A DNA stretch of 48,158 bases from Longimicrobiales bacterium (GTDB taxonomy: Bacteria; Gemmatimonadota; Gemmatimonadetes; Longimicrobiales; Gaopeijiaceae). The stretch is taken from positions 2,526,302 to 2,574,459 of the forward strand of contig OY730414.1 of the NCBI GenBank assembly GCA_963422615.1, written 5' to 3'. A model generated the notes under the pieces. That model ran no database searches, had not been told where the DNA came from, and saw only the letters and a list, made by a program, of their open reading frames with translations. The position numbers and the translations under genes were made by a program. Position 1 is the first letter of the stretch. Each line of letters opens with the position of its first letter. Below are positions 36,240 through 45,188 of the stretch, piece by piece.

Positions 36240-39200
36240 ATGCGAATTCCGCTCCCCGTGGCCCTCTTCGCCCTCCTCGTCGCCCCGGCTTCGAGCCTTT
36301 CCCCGAGCTTGGCTGCCCAGCCCCTGGACACGCTCGCGTTCAAGGACCTCCGCTACCGAATGGCAGGACCCTTCCGGGGTGGCCGCTCAACGGCAGCCAC
36401 CGGATTCCTGGGCGACCCGGACCGCTGGCTCATGGGGACGACGGGCGGCGGAGTCTGGGAGTCCCCCGACAACGGCGGGTCATGGCAGAACATTTCCGAC
36501 GGCTACTTCGGGGGATCCATCGGGGCGGTGAAGGTGGCCGATTCGGACCCCAACGTCATCTACGTCGGACAAGGATCGATGGACATTCGGGGCAACACGT
36601 CGACGGGGCGGGGGGTTTGGAAATCGATGGACGGAGGGCGCACATGGAACTTCGCCGGGCTTCCGGAAGCGGGCCAGATCGGCCGTATCGAGGTGCACCC
36701 GAAGACCCCCAACCTGGTCTATGTGGCCGCCCTGGGGCACCCCTTCGGCAAGAACCCGGAGCGGGGCATCTTCAGGTCCGGGGACGGGGGGGAAACCTGG
36801 GAGCATGTCCTTGCCCTGAACGACTCCACCGGAGCCTCCGATCTTGCGATGGACGTGACCAATCCGCGCATTCTGTACGCCGGGATGTGGAGAGGGGAGC
36901 GCAAGCCGTGGGCCTTGATCTCCGGCGCCGAAGAGGGCGGCGTCTACAAGTCCGTGGACGGCGGCGACAATTGGACGAAGCTGGAGGGCGGACTTCCCAC
37001 GGGAATCGTCGGGAAGGTCGGCGTCACAGTCTCCCCCGGGGACCCGGACCGGGTGTGGGCGATCATCGAAGCCGAGCCGAACGGCGGCGTTTTTCGGTCC
37101 GACGATGGGGGGCATTCGTGGACGCGCACAAACGCCAACAACAACCTGCGCCAGCGGGCTTGGTACTACACCCACGTCCAGGCCGATCCCGCCGATCCGA
37201 ACACGGTGTACGCCCTCAACACGAGCCTGTACCGTTCGGTGGACGGCGGGAAGACCTTCGAAGCCATCCCCGTTCCCCACGGCGACGTGCACGACCTGTG
37301 GATCCACCCGGGCGACCCCAGTCGCATGGTCGTGGCCAACGACGGTGGCGCCCAGGTCACCGTGAACGGCGGGGAGACATGGTCGACGTATTTCAACCAG
37401 CCTACCGCCGAGCTCTACGACGTAATCGTGGACAACGGCTTCCCGTACCGGCTCTACGGTGCCCAGCAGGACAACACGACGATTTCGCTGCCCGCCTGGT
37501 CGGACGTCAACACCCTGTACCCGAAGGAGCACTGGCAAAACGTCGGCGGTTGCGAGACGGGACCCATCGCCCTCGATCCAGAACGGCCTCACATCGTCTA
37601 CGCGGGGTGCTACGGCGGTGTGATGGATCGGTATGACCTTCGCTCGGGCCAGCGCCGCAACATCATGCTGTATCCCCAGCTGCAACTTGGAATGGCAGCC
37701 AAGGACCTGCGGCACCGCTTCCAGTGGGTGTCCCCGATTCTGGTCAGTGTCCACGATCCCCACACGATCTATCACGGATCCCAGTACGTGAACCGCACCC
37801 GAGACGAGGGCGCAACCTGGGAGACGATCAGCCCGGATCTCACAACCGACAACCCGGCCCACCAGGAGCAGTCCGGCGGACCGATCAACGCCGACGTCAC
37901 CGGGGTGGAGATCTACAACGTGGTCTTCTCCATCGCGGAATCGCCGTTCACGCCGGAGGAAGTCTGGGCCGGCAGTGACGACGGAAGAGTCCATGTGACC
38001 CGGGATGACGGAGCCACTTGGACCGACGTCACCCCAACCGACATGCCGGCGTTGGGAACCGTGGACGAGATCGAACTCTCCCGGCACCACCCGGGACGGG
38101 CGTACATCGCGGTGCAGCGGTACCGGATGGACGACTTCCGCCCGTACATCTTCCGCACCGACGACTATGGCGTCTCGTGGACCCAAGTCACGGAGGGCAT
38201 CCCCCAAGACCACCCGGTGCGGACCGTCCGGGAAGACCCGAAGCGGGACGGGCTTCTTTTCGCCGGTACCGAGTTCGGGATCTTCGTTTCCTTCAATGGG
38301 GGCGGTTCATGGCAAAGCTTCCAGCACAACCTGCCCGTAACCCCCGTCACGGGCATGCGGGTCGCTCACGACGACCTCATCGTCTCCACCCAGGGGCGGT
38401 CCTTCTGGATCCTGGACGACATCAGCCCACTCCGCGAAATCGAGGACGCGGTTTCTGCGGGAACGTATCTGTTCACCCCTAGAAGTACGCGTCGGCTCAC
38501 CAATGCGGGCGCGGCGTTCCTTGCCGAGCTGAACCCAGACCCTCGTCCCGCCGGGGCACAGATCCACTACTACTTGGCGGAACAGCCCGGCGAAGCGCTT
38601 CGCATCGACGTTGTGGATCCTCGAGGCGAGGTCGTGCGCACTTTTTCATCGGACTCGGCCGCCGCGGAGGAAATGGACGGGCAGCGAGTTCCGGATGAAC
38701 TCGGACTGAACCGAATCGCGTGGACCTTGTCCTACCCCGGACCGGACCTTCCCGAGGGAGCCGTCCAGTGGGGGTACACGGGGGGCGTCGCGGCACCCCC
38801 GGGCACCTACACCGTGAGGATGACGGTCGGCGAAGCCGTGATGGAGCGGACCTTCGAACTCTTGCCGGACCCCCGCATTCCCGAAGTGACATCGGCGAGC
38901 TACGAGGAGCAGTTCCGAGTGGCGATCCAGCTCCGGGACTCGATCGGATCGATCACCCGGGCCATCGAGGACTTGGCGGCTATCCAGAAGCAAGTTGAGG
39001 ACGTGATGGAGCGGGCCCAGTCGGCCGAGCAGGCCGGCAGCCTTCAGGCCCTTGCCGACACCCTTCAGCAACAGTCGATGGGGATCACCGAAGATCTCAT
39101 GCAGACCAAGAATCGATCAGGCCAGGACCCGATCCGCTTTCCGCCCCGTCTGGACAACCAGTGGATCGAATTGTACGGCCGCGTGACCGGAGTGGACGGC

Positions 39201-39398
39201 TACATCTCGGGCGGGGCGGAGGGAGCTCCCCACCCGGGAACCATGGAACGACTCCAAGTCCTGCTCGATGAGTGGGAAGGAGTACAGAGCCGCTACCTGG
39301 ACCTGCTGGAAAACGAGGTGCTGCGCTTCAACGAAGCCGTCGAGAACTTGGGATTGCCCGCTGTGGTGTTGCCCAGGCGCGGGCGGCTGGTGAGCTAG
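36240..39398 (+). CDS. VPS10/BNR-repeat (Asp-box) secreted glycosyl hydrolase-like protein
   Basis: Signal peptide; GPFRGGR; many SxDGGxTW boxes; RQRAWYY, HGDVH, YGAQQDN; helical C-terminus. Confidence 0.9.
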   Translation: MRIPLPVALFALLVAPASSLSPSLAAQPLDTLAFKDLRYRMAGPFRGGRSTAATGFLGDPDRWLMGTTGGGVWESPDNGGSWQNISDGYFGGSIGAVKVADSDPNVIYVGQGSMDIRGNTSTGRGVWKSMDGGRTWNFAGLPEAGQIGRIEVHPKTPNLVYVAALGHPFGKNPERGIFRSGDGGETWEHVLALNDSTGASDLAMDVTNPRILYAGMWRGERKPWALISGAEEGGVYKSVDGGDNWTKLEGGLPTGIVGKVGVTVSPGDPDRVWAIIEAEPNGGVFRSDDGGHSWTRTNANNNLRQRAWYYTHVQADPADPNTVYALNTSLYRSVDGGKTFEAIPVPHGDVHDLWIHPGDPSRMVVANDGGAQVTVNGGETWSTYFNQPTAELYDVIVDNGFPYRLYGAQQDNTTISLPAWSDVNTLYPKEHWQNVGGCETGPIALDPERPHIVYAGCYGGVMDRYDLRSGQRRNIMLYPQLQLGMAAKDLRHRFQWVSPILVSVHDPHTIYHGSQYVNRTRDEGATWETISPDLTTDNPAHQEQSGGPINADVTGVEIYNVVFSIAESPFTPEEVWAGSDDGRVHVTRDDGATWTDVTPTDMPALGTVDEIELSRHHPGRAYIAVQRYRMDDFRPYIFRTDDYGVSWTQVTEGIPQDHPVRTVREDPKRDGLLFAGTEFGIFVSFNGGGSWQSFQHNLPVTPVTGMRVAHDDLIVSTQGRSFWILDDISPLREIEDAVSAGTYLFTPRSTRRLTNAGAAFLAELNPDPRPAGAQIHYYLAEQPGEALRIDVVDPRGEVVRTFSSDSAAAEEMDGQRVPDELGLNRIAWTLSYPGPDLPEGAVQWGYTGGVAAPPGTYTVRMTVGEAVMERTFELLPDPRIPEVTSASYEEQFRVAIQLRDSIGSITRAIEDLAAIQKQVEDVMERAQSAEQAGSLQALADTLQQQSMGITEDLMQTKNRSGQDPIRFPPRLDNQWIELYGRVTGVDGYISGGAEGAPHPGTMERLQVLLDEWEGVQSRYLDLLENEVLRFNEAVENLGLPAVVLPRRGRLVS

Positions 39399-39526
39399 AT
39401 TGGGGGGATTATGCGTCGATACCGGAACTTCGTTGAAGCTTCGCCCGTAATTCCACTCCGATCGCCGGGAACGTACGCGTGCGTCTTCCGAAGAAGACGA
39501 CGAAAGGGCCAGGAACCTACAAGCAA

Positions 39527-39913
39527 ATGAAAATCAAAGACGACTTCAGACGGATGGTGCCGGACCGGGACAAGCGCTGCGCGATCATCATCCATGGGGC
39601 ATCCGCAGCTGCAGGAACCGCGGCCGCGACGACGGTGATTCCCGGTTCCGACGCCGTTGCCATTGCGCCGGTCCAGGTGGCCATGATTGTCGCCCTGGCG
39701 GACGAGTTCGGCGTTCCCTTTACGGAATCCGCCGTCAGATCAACGCTTTACGCGACCTTGGGAAAGATCGTGGGCAAGGGCGGGGCCGGCCTCCTGCTCC
39801 GCTGGCTCCCGGTCTACGGAAACGCGGTGCGGGCATCGGTGGCGGTGAGCGTCACCCAAGCCTTGGGATGGACGATCGTCAAGAAGCTCAAGGCCGGAGG
39901 CGGGGTGGTTTGA
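39527..39913 (+). CDS. DUF697-like small membrane-associated protein
   Basis: IIHGASAAAG...IPGSDAVAIAPVQVAMIVALA..FG, LLRWLPVYG...TQALG. Confidence 0.75.
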   Translation: MKIKDDFRRMVPDRDKRCAIIIHGASAAAGTAAATTVIPGSDAVAIAPVQVAMIVALADEFGVPFTESAVRSTLYATLGKIVGKGGAGLLLRWLPVYGNAVRASVAVSVTQALGWTIVKKLKAGGGVV

Positions 39914-40052
39914 TCGGCCGTGGGTCCGCCGCCGTCCACCGTCGGCATGCACGGCAACGGCGGCTTATCTCCGGCCGGGGCTTGGGGTGTGGTCCACATG
40001 CTGGGTGTCCATGACACCGTTGACGATCGGGGGCGGGAGAGCAAGTATTGCG

Positions 40053-40207
40053 ATGATCAGAAAGAAGATGCGGGCGGAAGAAGATGTGTGGGCCCCGACG
40101 GGTCGGTCCCCCCTGGCGACAGATGGGGTTGCGCGGCCCGTCGCTTCCCCACAAGGAATCGGAGGGCCGGCCAAGAGCACGTTCGCCGTTGGAGCGGAGA
40201 GCAAGAG
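40053..40207 (+). pseudogene. Possible eroded ArsR-family regulator upstream of the SRPBCC gene
   Basis: Fragments EDVW..PTGRS and ARRFPT..R...EH in different frames loosely match the ArsR HTH; ArsR-SRPBCC pairs are common. Weak. Confidence 0.25.
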
Positions 40208-41005
40208 ATGGAAGATTCGGACAGGAACAGAACTGGGAGGGCGGTGAAGCTCTCTGTCGAGATCGAGGCCGGTCCCGACACGGTCTGGGGCATGCTGGAA
40301 GACCCGGAGCGCTTTTCGGTGTGGATGGGTGGGCGCGTCACCTTCGAACCTCGGGTCGGAAGCCCTTTCCGAGCGGAGTTTCCCAGTTACCAGACCGTGA
40401 TTTCTGGAGAGGTCGTCGCCCATGATCGGAAGGCGCGGCACCTCGCCCTGACCTGGGGACCGGAGTCGGGGCCGCAGGCCGCCGGGTTTCCCGCCGCATC
40501 GTCGCGGGTGGAGTTTCGGGTGGGAGCGGCTGGGGAGGGATGCCGGGTAGACCTGCACCACACCGGATTTCCGTCGGACACCCTCGCAGGAGAACATGAC
40601 GCCGGCTGGCGCTTCCACCTTAGCCGTATGGACCTCATCGCCAACCGTACCGACCTCTCCGCAGGCCTGAAAAAAACGCTGCCGGCCTGGTTCGCTGCCT
40701 GGAACGAGCCCGACGACGGCACTCGTCTCGACGCCTTACGCGCGTGCTGCCTGGAAAACCTCGAGTTTCGGGACGCGTGGGCGGTCGCCCGAGGCGTCGA
40801 ACGCCTGAACGTACACATCGCCAACTGCCACCGGTTCATGCCCGGCTGGAAGATTGAAGAGACGGGCGATGTGCGAATCTGTCGGGGCGAGGCCTTGGTG
40901 GGATGGCGGTCCACGGGGCCGGGTGGCCCTGTCCAAGGATTGAATCATGTTCGTGCAACGCCCAAGGGAATGTTGCGCCGCGTTACGGGGTTTGACGCAA
41001 GCTGA
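40208..41005 (+). CDS. SRPBCC (AHSA1-like) + SnoaL/NTF2-like two-domain protein
   Basis: SVEIEAGPDTVW...WMG...FEPRVG...LALTW...HTGF...HDAGW, then WFAAWNEPD...RLDALRAC...FRD. Confidence 0.82.
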   Translation: MEDSDRNRTGRAVKLSVEIEAGPDTVWGMLEDPERFSVWMGGRVTFEPRVGSPFRAEFPSYQTVISGEVVAHDRKARHLALTWGPESGPQAAGFPAASSRVEFRVGAAGEGCRVDLHHTGFPSDTLAGEHDAGWRFHLSRMDLIANRTDLSAGLKKTLPAWFAAWNEPDDGTRLDALRACCLENLEFRDAWAVARGVERLNVHIANCHRFMPGWKIEETGDVRICRGEALVGWRSTGPGGPVQGLNHVRATPKGMLRRVTGFDAS

Positions 41006-41072
41006 CTCAGGGGCACTCGACTCATAGTACCCTGGGACGGCCGGGTTCCGGACGCTACCCAGGTCGCCGACG

Positions 41073-41430
41073 TTACCCCAGCGTCTCTGCGAAGGAGGGA
41101 GCCCGTTGATGGCGGGTGGCCTGTTCGTACGCATAGGCGATACGCAGATACGCAACAGCGTGGGCTCGCTCCAGACCCGGAGCTCGACCCGCAGGGATCC
41201 CGGTCAAGCGCGTAGGGATTCCTGCACTGCCCGCCCCCGGGCGCTCCACCCGCTGGTCGCCCCTATCCCCGCGAAAGTACGCGGCCCCGAGTCCGGGCCC
41301 CTGGCGGTCCAGAGCTTCGATGCGCTCCAGGTAGCGCTCGGTGATGGAGCGGGCCGTGCGTTCCCGACTCCATGGCGGACTGAAGGTGGGCCACGGTGAC
41401 TTCGTCCAGCTCAAAGGGGTCAACCCGGGG
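41073..41430 (-). pseudogene. Amidase (amidase-signature family) collapsed to three fragments
   Basis: PFELDEVTVAHLQSAMESG / RTARSITERYLERIEALDRQGP; then TSGWSARGGQCRNPYALDRDPCGSSSGS; then WSEPTLLRIAYAYEQATRH. Several frameshifts between them. Confidence 0.9.
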
Positions 41431-41589
41431 GGGCGGACGCATCGGGGCCCGACGACCCGCCGTCGGAGGGGTCGGGTACGCAACCCGAAGTCCCCAAGGC
41501 GACGGAAGCCCCGCCCACAAGGGAGGTTCCGATAAAGCGGCGGCGATCAATCATGCGATCCTCCGGACGAAGCAGGCGCCGAACTCGGG

Positions 41590-42543
41590 TTAGCGGGCCG
41601 GGGGCAACGCCTCCACCAGCGCCACCATCCGCTTGAGCTCTTCCTCGTTCGGCAAGCGCCCCCGCGCGGCACCCAGGTTGTCAAGCAGGTGCTCCGAATT
41701 GCTCGTGGCCGGCGTCACGACCGTCACCGCTGGATGGGCCGCGGCGAACTTGAGGAAGAACCGGGCCCACGAGTCGGCGCCGAAGTCGGCGGCCCACTCC
41801 GGAACTTGGCGACCCGACACCCGGTTCCAAAGACGGGTGCGACCGAAAGGGGCGTATACCAACACGCCAATTCCCCTGTCTGCCGCCAGGGGCAAGACGG
41901 TTTCCGCGGCACTCAGGTTGTCCACGGCATAGTCAATGCCGATAAAGTCGAGGGGGTAGTCATGCATGGTCTGAACCAGCGTGTCGTACCGACGCGCACT
42001 GGTCGTCGTAATGCCGAGGTAGCGGATTCGGCCTTCGGCTTTGAGCTCCTCCAGAATCCCCACCTGGGTCGGAGGGTCTCCCAGATTGTGCACCTGAATG
42101 AGGTCGATGACATCCACGCCGAAGCGCTCGAACGACCGCTCGATCTGGGCTCGGGCTGCCGCCGGATCCGCCGACCCGCCCCCTCTGCCGGCGACGTTGA
42201 CCTTGGTCGCCCAGAAGATCCGGTCCGTGATGCCCAGGTCGGCGGCAATGGAGCCCGTCACTTCTTCTGCCGCCCCGTAGCTGGGCGCGGTGTCGAAGAC
42301 GGCGGCGCCGTTATCCACGAAGGTCCGCATCACATCCAAGAGCCCGTCCGTCTCCCCCTGGTCGGCCATCCTCCGAAAGCTGGCCGAACTGCCCAGGCCG
42401 ATGACGGGCAGCGACTCGCCCGTGGAGGGAACGACCCGGGTGATGAGTTCCTGCTGGCCAGTCGCTCGAAGGAAACGCGGACTCAGGGAGAGCGCCGCAC
42501 CCGCAGCAGCGGTGGAGCGAAGCCAGTCGCGTCTGGTTACCAT
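41590..42543 (-). CDS. Aldo/keto reductase with Tat signal
   Basis: MVTRRDWLR; FDTAPSYG, WATKV, IDLIQVHN, GRIRYLG. Confidence 0.93.
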   Translation of the reverse strand: MVTRRDWLRSTAAAGAALSLSPRFLRATGQQELITRVVPSTGESLPVIGLGSSASFRRMADQGETDGLLDVMRTFVDNGAAVFDTAPSYGAAEEVTGSIAADLGITDRIFWATKVNVAGRGGGSADPAAARAQIERSFERFGVDVIDLIQVHNLGDPPTQVGILEELKAEGRIRYLGITTTSARRYDTLVQTMHDYPLDFIGIDYAVDNLSAAETVLPLAADRGIGVLVYAPFGRTRLWNRVSGRQVPEWAADFGADSWARFFLKFAAAHPAVTVVTPATSNSEHLLDNLGAARGRLPNEEELKRMVALVEALPPAR

Positions 42544-42578
42544 GGGGAAGGACTCCGTTCAGGTAGGGTGTTCGAATT

Positions 42579-42609
42579 CACGCATCCACAAGGCCACGCA
42601 TCCACAGGC
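42579..42609. repeat. Tandem 16/15-bp direct repeat in a divergent promoter region
   Basis: CACGCATCCACAAGGC CACGCATCCACAGGC. Confidence 0.75.
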
Positions 42610-42786
42610 CGTATGAAGCCTCAAGGTGCACGACCCTCGCTCTCCACGCAATGTTGTAGAGTGGGTGGCAGGAGCCCTCAGATGGCAGCAACCTTTAAGG
42701 GGAAAGACGCCGCGCTGATGAACCATGACCCACGAAGGATCCCCGGGCGAGCAGGAGCCAGGAGCTTCTAAGGAGGAACTTCCCGC

Positions 42787-43788
42787 GTGCGTGCGTGGAT
42801 TCTGAAGCGTCCAGCGCCGGCGGAGAGCCGGCCTCTCGAAATCGTCGATCTTCCAAAGCCCGACCCGGGCCCCGGGGAGGTTCGGATTCGGGTCCTGGCG
42901 TGCGGCATCTGCCGTACGGACCTCCACGTCGTCGAGGGAGACTTGAAATCCGCCCGCCTTCCCTTGATTCCGGGACACCAAGTCGTCGGGGTCGTCGATG
43001 CCCTGGGCAAGGGAACGCAACGCTTCGAAACAGGGGACCGGGTGGGCATCGCCTGGCTTCAGGGGACTTGCGGCCGTTGCCGACGATGCACCTCCGGACA
43101 CGAAAACCTCTGCGAAGGATCCCGCTACACGGGGTACCACCGGAACGGCGGGTACGCAGAGTCCGCCGTCGTCCCCGAGGACTTCGCCTATGCCATTCCC
43201 CCGGTCTTCGGGCATGCGGAAGCTGCTCCCTTGCTTTGCGCGGGTATTATCGGCTACCGGGCCCTGCGCCGAGCCCAACTTCCGCCGGGAGGGCGCCTTC
43301 TGTTGGTGGGCTTCGGCTCTGCGGCACACATTGTGCTCCAGATTGCAGGACATCAAGAACATGACGTATTCGTCGTTACCCGGAGCAGGCACCACCAGGA
43401 ACTGGCCCGGGAAATGGGCGCTGCTTGGGCGGGTGGACCCGGTGACGCCATTCCCGCGGAAATGCACTCCGTCATCAATTTTGCCCCTGCCGGAGAAACC
43501 GTGCCCCCGGCCCTGGAAGCGGTCGGTCCGGGCGGCACGGTGGTGCTGGCCGGGATCCACATGAGTCGCATTCCGTCCCTGGACTACGCAAAGCACCTCT
43601 TTCGCGAAAAACAGCTCCGGAGTGTCGAGGCCAATACCCGCGCCGACGGCCGAAACCTTCTGGAGATCGCCGCAGAGATTCCGCTCCGGCCCCGGGTCAC
43701 GCCGTTCCCCTTGAGCATGGCGAACGACGCCCTTGCCGCCCTCAAGCGGGACGCCTTCAACGGATCCGGCGTACTGGTGATGGAGTAG
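42787..43788 (+). CDS. Zinc-dependent alcohol dehydrogenase family protein
   Basis: AAGGAGG RBS; CGICRTDLH, PGHQVVG, CGRCRRC..G.ENLC, APLLCAG, GFGSAAH. Confidence 0.95.
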   Translation: MRAWILKRPAPAESRPLEIVDLPKPDPGPGEVRIRVLACGICRTDLHVVEGDLKSARLPLIPGHQVVGVVDALGKGTQRFETGDRVGIAWLQGTCGRCRRCTSGHENLCEGSRYTGYHRNGGYAESAVVPEDFAYAIPPVFGHAEAAPLLCAGIIGYRALRRAQLPPGGRLLLVGFGSAAHIVLQIAGHQEHDVFVVTRSRHHQELAREMGAAWAGGPGDAIPAEMHSVINFAPAGETVPPALEAVGPGGTVVLAGIHMSRIPSLDYAKHLFREKQLRSVEANTRADGRNLLEIAAEIPLRPRVTPFPLSMANDALAALKRDAFNGSGVLVME

Positions 43789-43878
43789 GCCACGCCGAAG
43801 ACGAAGCGGCCCGTTTGGTCCTCGGGGGCAGGGATCCGCGCAAGGCGATCGGGGGAGCGGGAGCGGAGGTGCCGTCGC

Positions 43879-45033
43879 TTACTGCGGAAAAAGCGCCGGA
43901 TCGATCCCCGGAACGATGGCCAGAGCGTTTCGGTAGTAGATCTTGCGCAAGACTTCGTCGGGCAGGTCAAGGCCGTACATCTGCCAAAACGCGTGGTAGC
44001 GGCGGTAGTAGTCGAAGTAGTCGTCTGCGGTTTCGAAGACCCGGAAGTAGGTGTGGAATTCCTCCTTGTTGTACGAATCCTTCCCCATCACGACCCGATC
44101 CTGATAGTCGATCAACCACTGCCTGGCAAAGCGAGGCTGTCTGCCTAGTTCATAGACCACGGCACCCAGACCGACGTACATGTTGGGAATCTCGTCCAGG
44201 ATCCGGCCCAAGCGCCCGAGGTCGTTCCCCAGCCAACCTAGATGGGCGGCGATAAAGACCGTGTTCGGGTGAGCGCGGAAAAGATCGTGCTGTTCTTCGA
44301 TGATCTCTTCGAAGGGAGGGAACCGGTCCGGGGGACGAATGCGCCGGGGTCGGAGTTTGAGTTCGAGCCAACGTTCATTGAAGCGATCGTGAGGTTGCCA
44401 GAACTCCGCCGGATCGGCCGAATGGATGAGCACGGGAATCCCCAGCTCTCCGGCCCTGTCCCAAAGGGGCGCCAGGCGAGGATCATTCACGGGAATTCGC
44501 CTCCCCTCCGAATCCTGGTGCGTCATTCCCAAGCCCTTGAAGATCTTGAGGCCCGCCGCACCGTTCGCCACATCCTCCTGCAGGCGAGCCGCCGCTCGTT
44601 CGCCCCAGCCCGGCTCTCCGACGCCTGAAAAATCGGTGTTGGCGAAGAAGACAAAGCGTCCCGGATGACGCCCGGCCATGTTTTCCAGTCCCTCCACGAG
44701 GACCTCACCGCTTCGCCCGGACAGATTCACCATGACCGCCATGTTGAGCTCGTCCATATCGGCCACGAGACGGTCCACCTGGTCCGATGACATTCGATTC
44801 GCATTCTGATGGCCGTGAATGTCCACGAAGGGAAAGCGGGACCGGGTCTGAAGGTTTTCGGAAACCACCAGGGTATTCCGTGGCTGGTACTCCTCCACCG
44901 TAACTTGCTGGCCATTCATTCCGTCGCCGTCACCCGAGGCGCACGCCCAAGCGACTCCGGCAAGCGTGAACGATAGCATCCGGTTCCGGCAGAGTCTGCC
45001 GGTCCTCCGATCCATCCCCTTGGTGTCTTTCAC
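43879..45033 (-). CDS. Amidohydrolase_2-family metal-dependent hydrolase, probably exported
   Basis: GGGAGG RBS before GTG; AWAC; VDIHGH, GLKIFK, PVLIHSADP, FIAAHLG, MGKD, KIYYRNA. Confidence 0.9.
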   Translation of the reverse strand: MKDTKGMDRRTGRLCRNRMLSFTLAGVAWACASGDGDGMNGQQVTVEEYQPRNTLVVSENLQTRSRFPFVDIHGHQNANRMSSDQVDRLVADMDELNMAVMVNLSGRSGEVLVEGLENMAGRHPGRFVFFANTDFSGVGEPGWGERAAARLQEDVANGAAGLKIFKGLGMTHQDSEGRRIPVNDPRLAPLWDRAGELGIPVLIHSADPAEFWQPHDRFNERWLELKLRPRRIRPPDRFPPFEEIIEEQHDLFRAHPNTVFIAAHLGWLGNDLGRLGRILDEIPNMYVGLGAVVYELGRQPRFARQWLIDYQDRVVMGKDSYNKEEFHTYFRVFETADDYFDYYRRYHAFWQMYGLDLPDEVLRKIYYRNALAIVPGIDPALFPQ

Positions 45034-45137
45034 CTTTGGACCTCCCTTTAGTTTCCGGAAAATGGACGTAAGCAGTACGCTCCCCCATCCGACTCCGAAG
45101 CCACCCAGCCATCAAGGGTTGGAGTGTCGCATCGCCC

Positions 45138-45161
45138 GGTCAACGATATGTTGCGTTGACC
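45138..45161. promoter_or_regulatory. Perfect 8-8-8 inverted repeat between divergent genes
   Basis: GGTCAACG-ATATGTTG-CGTTGACC, 27 bp before the DUF418 start. Confidence 0.45.
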
Positions 45162-45188
45162 CCTTCCCTTGGCAAGTGGCTTAAGGAC

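Noticed and set aside
36480..38213. 577-aa antisense ORF and 384-aa off-frame ORF inside the VPS10 gene
   Set aside because: Codon-bias shadows with no independent evidence.
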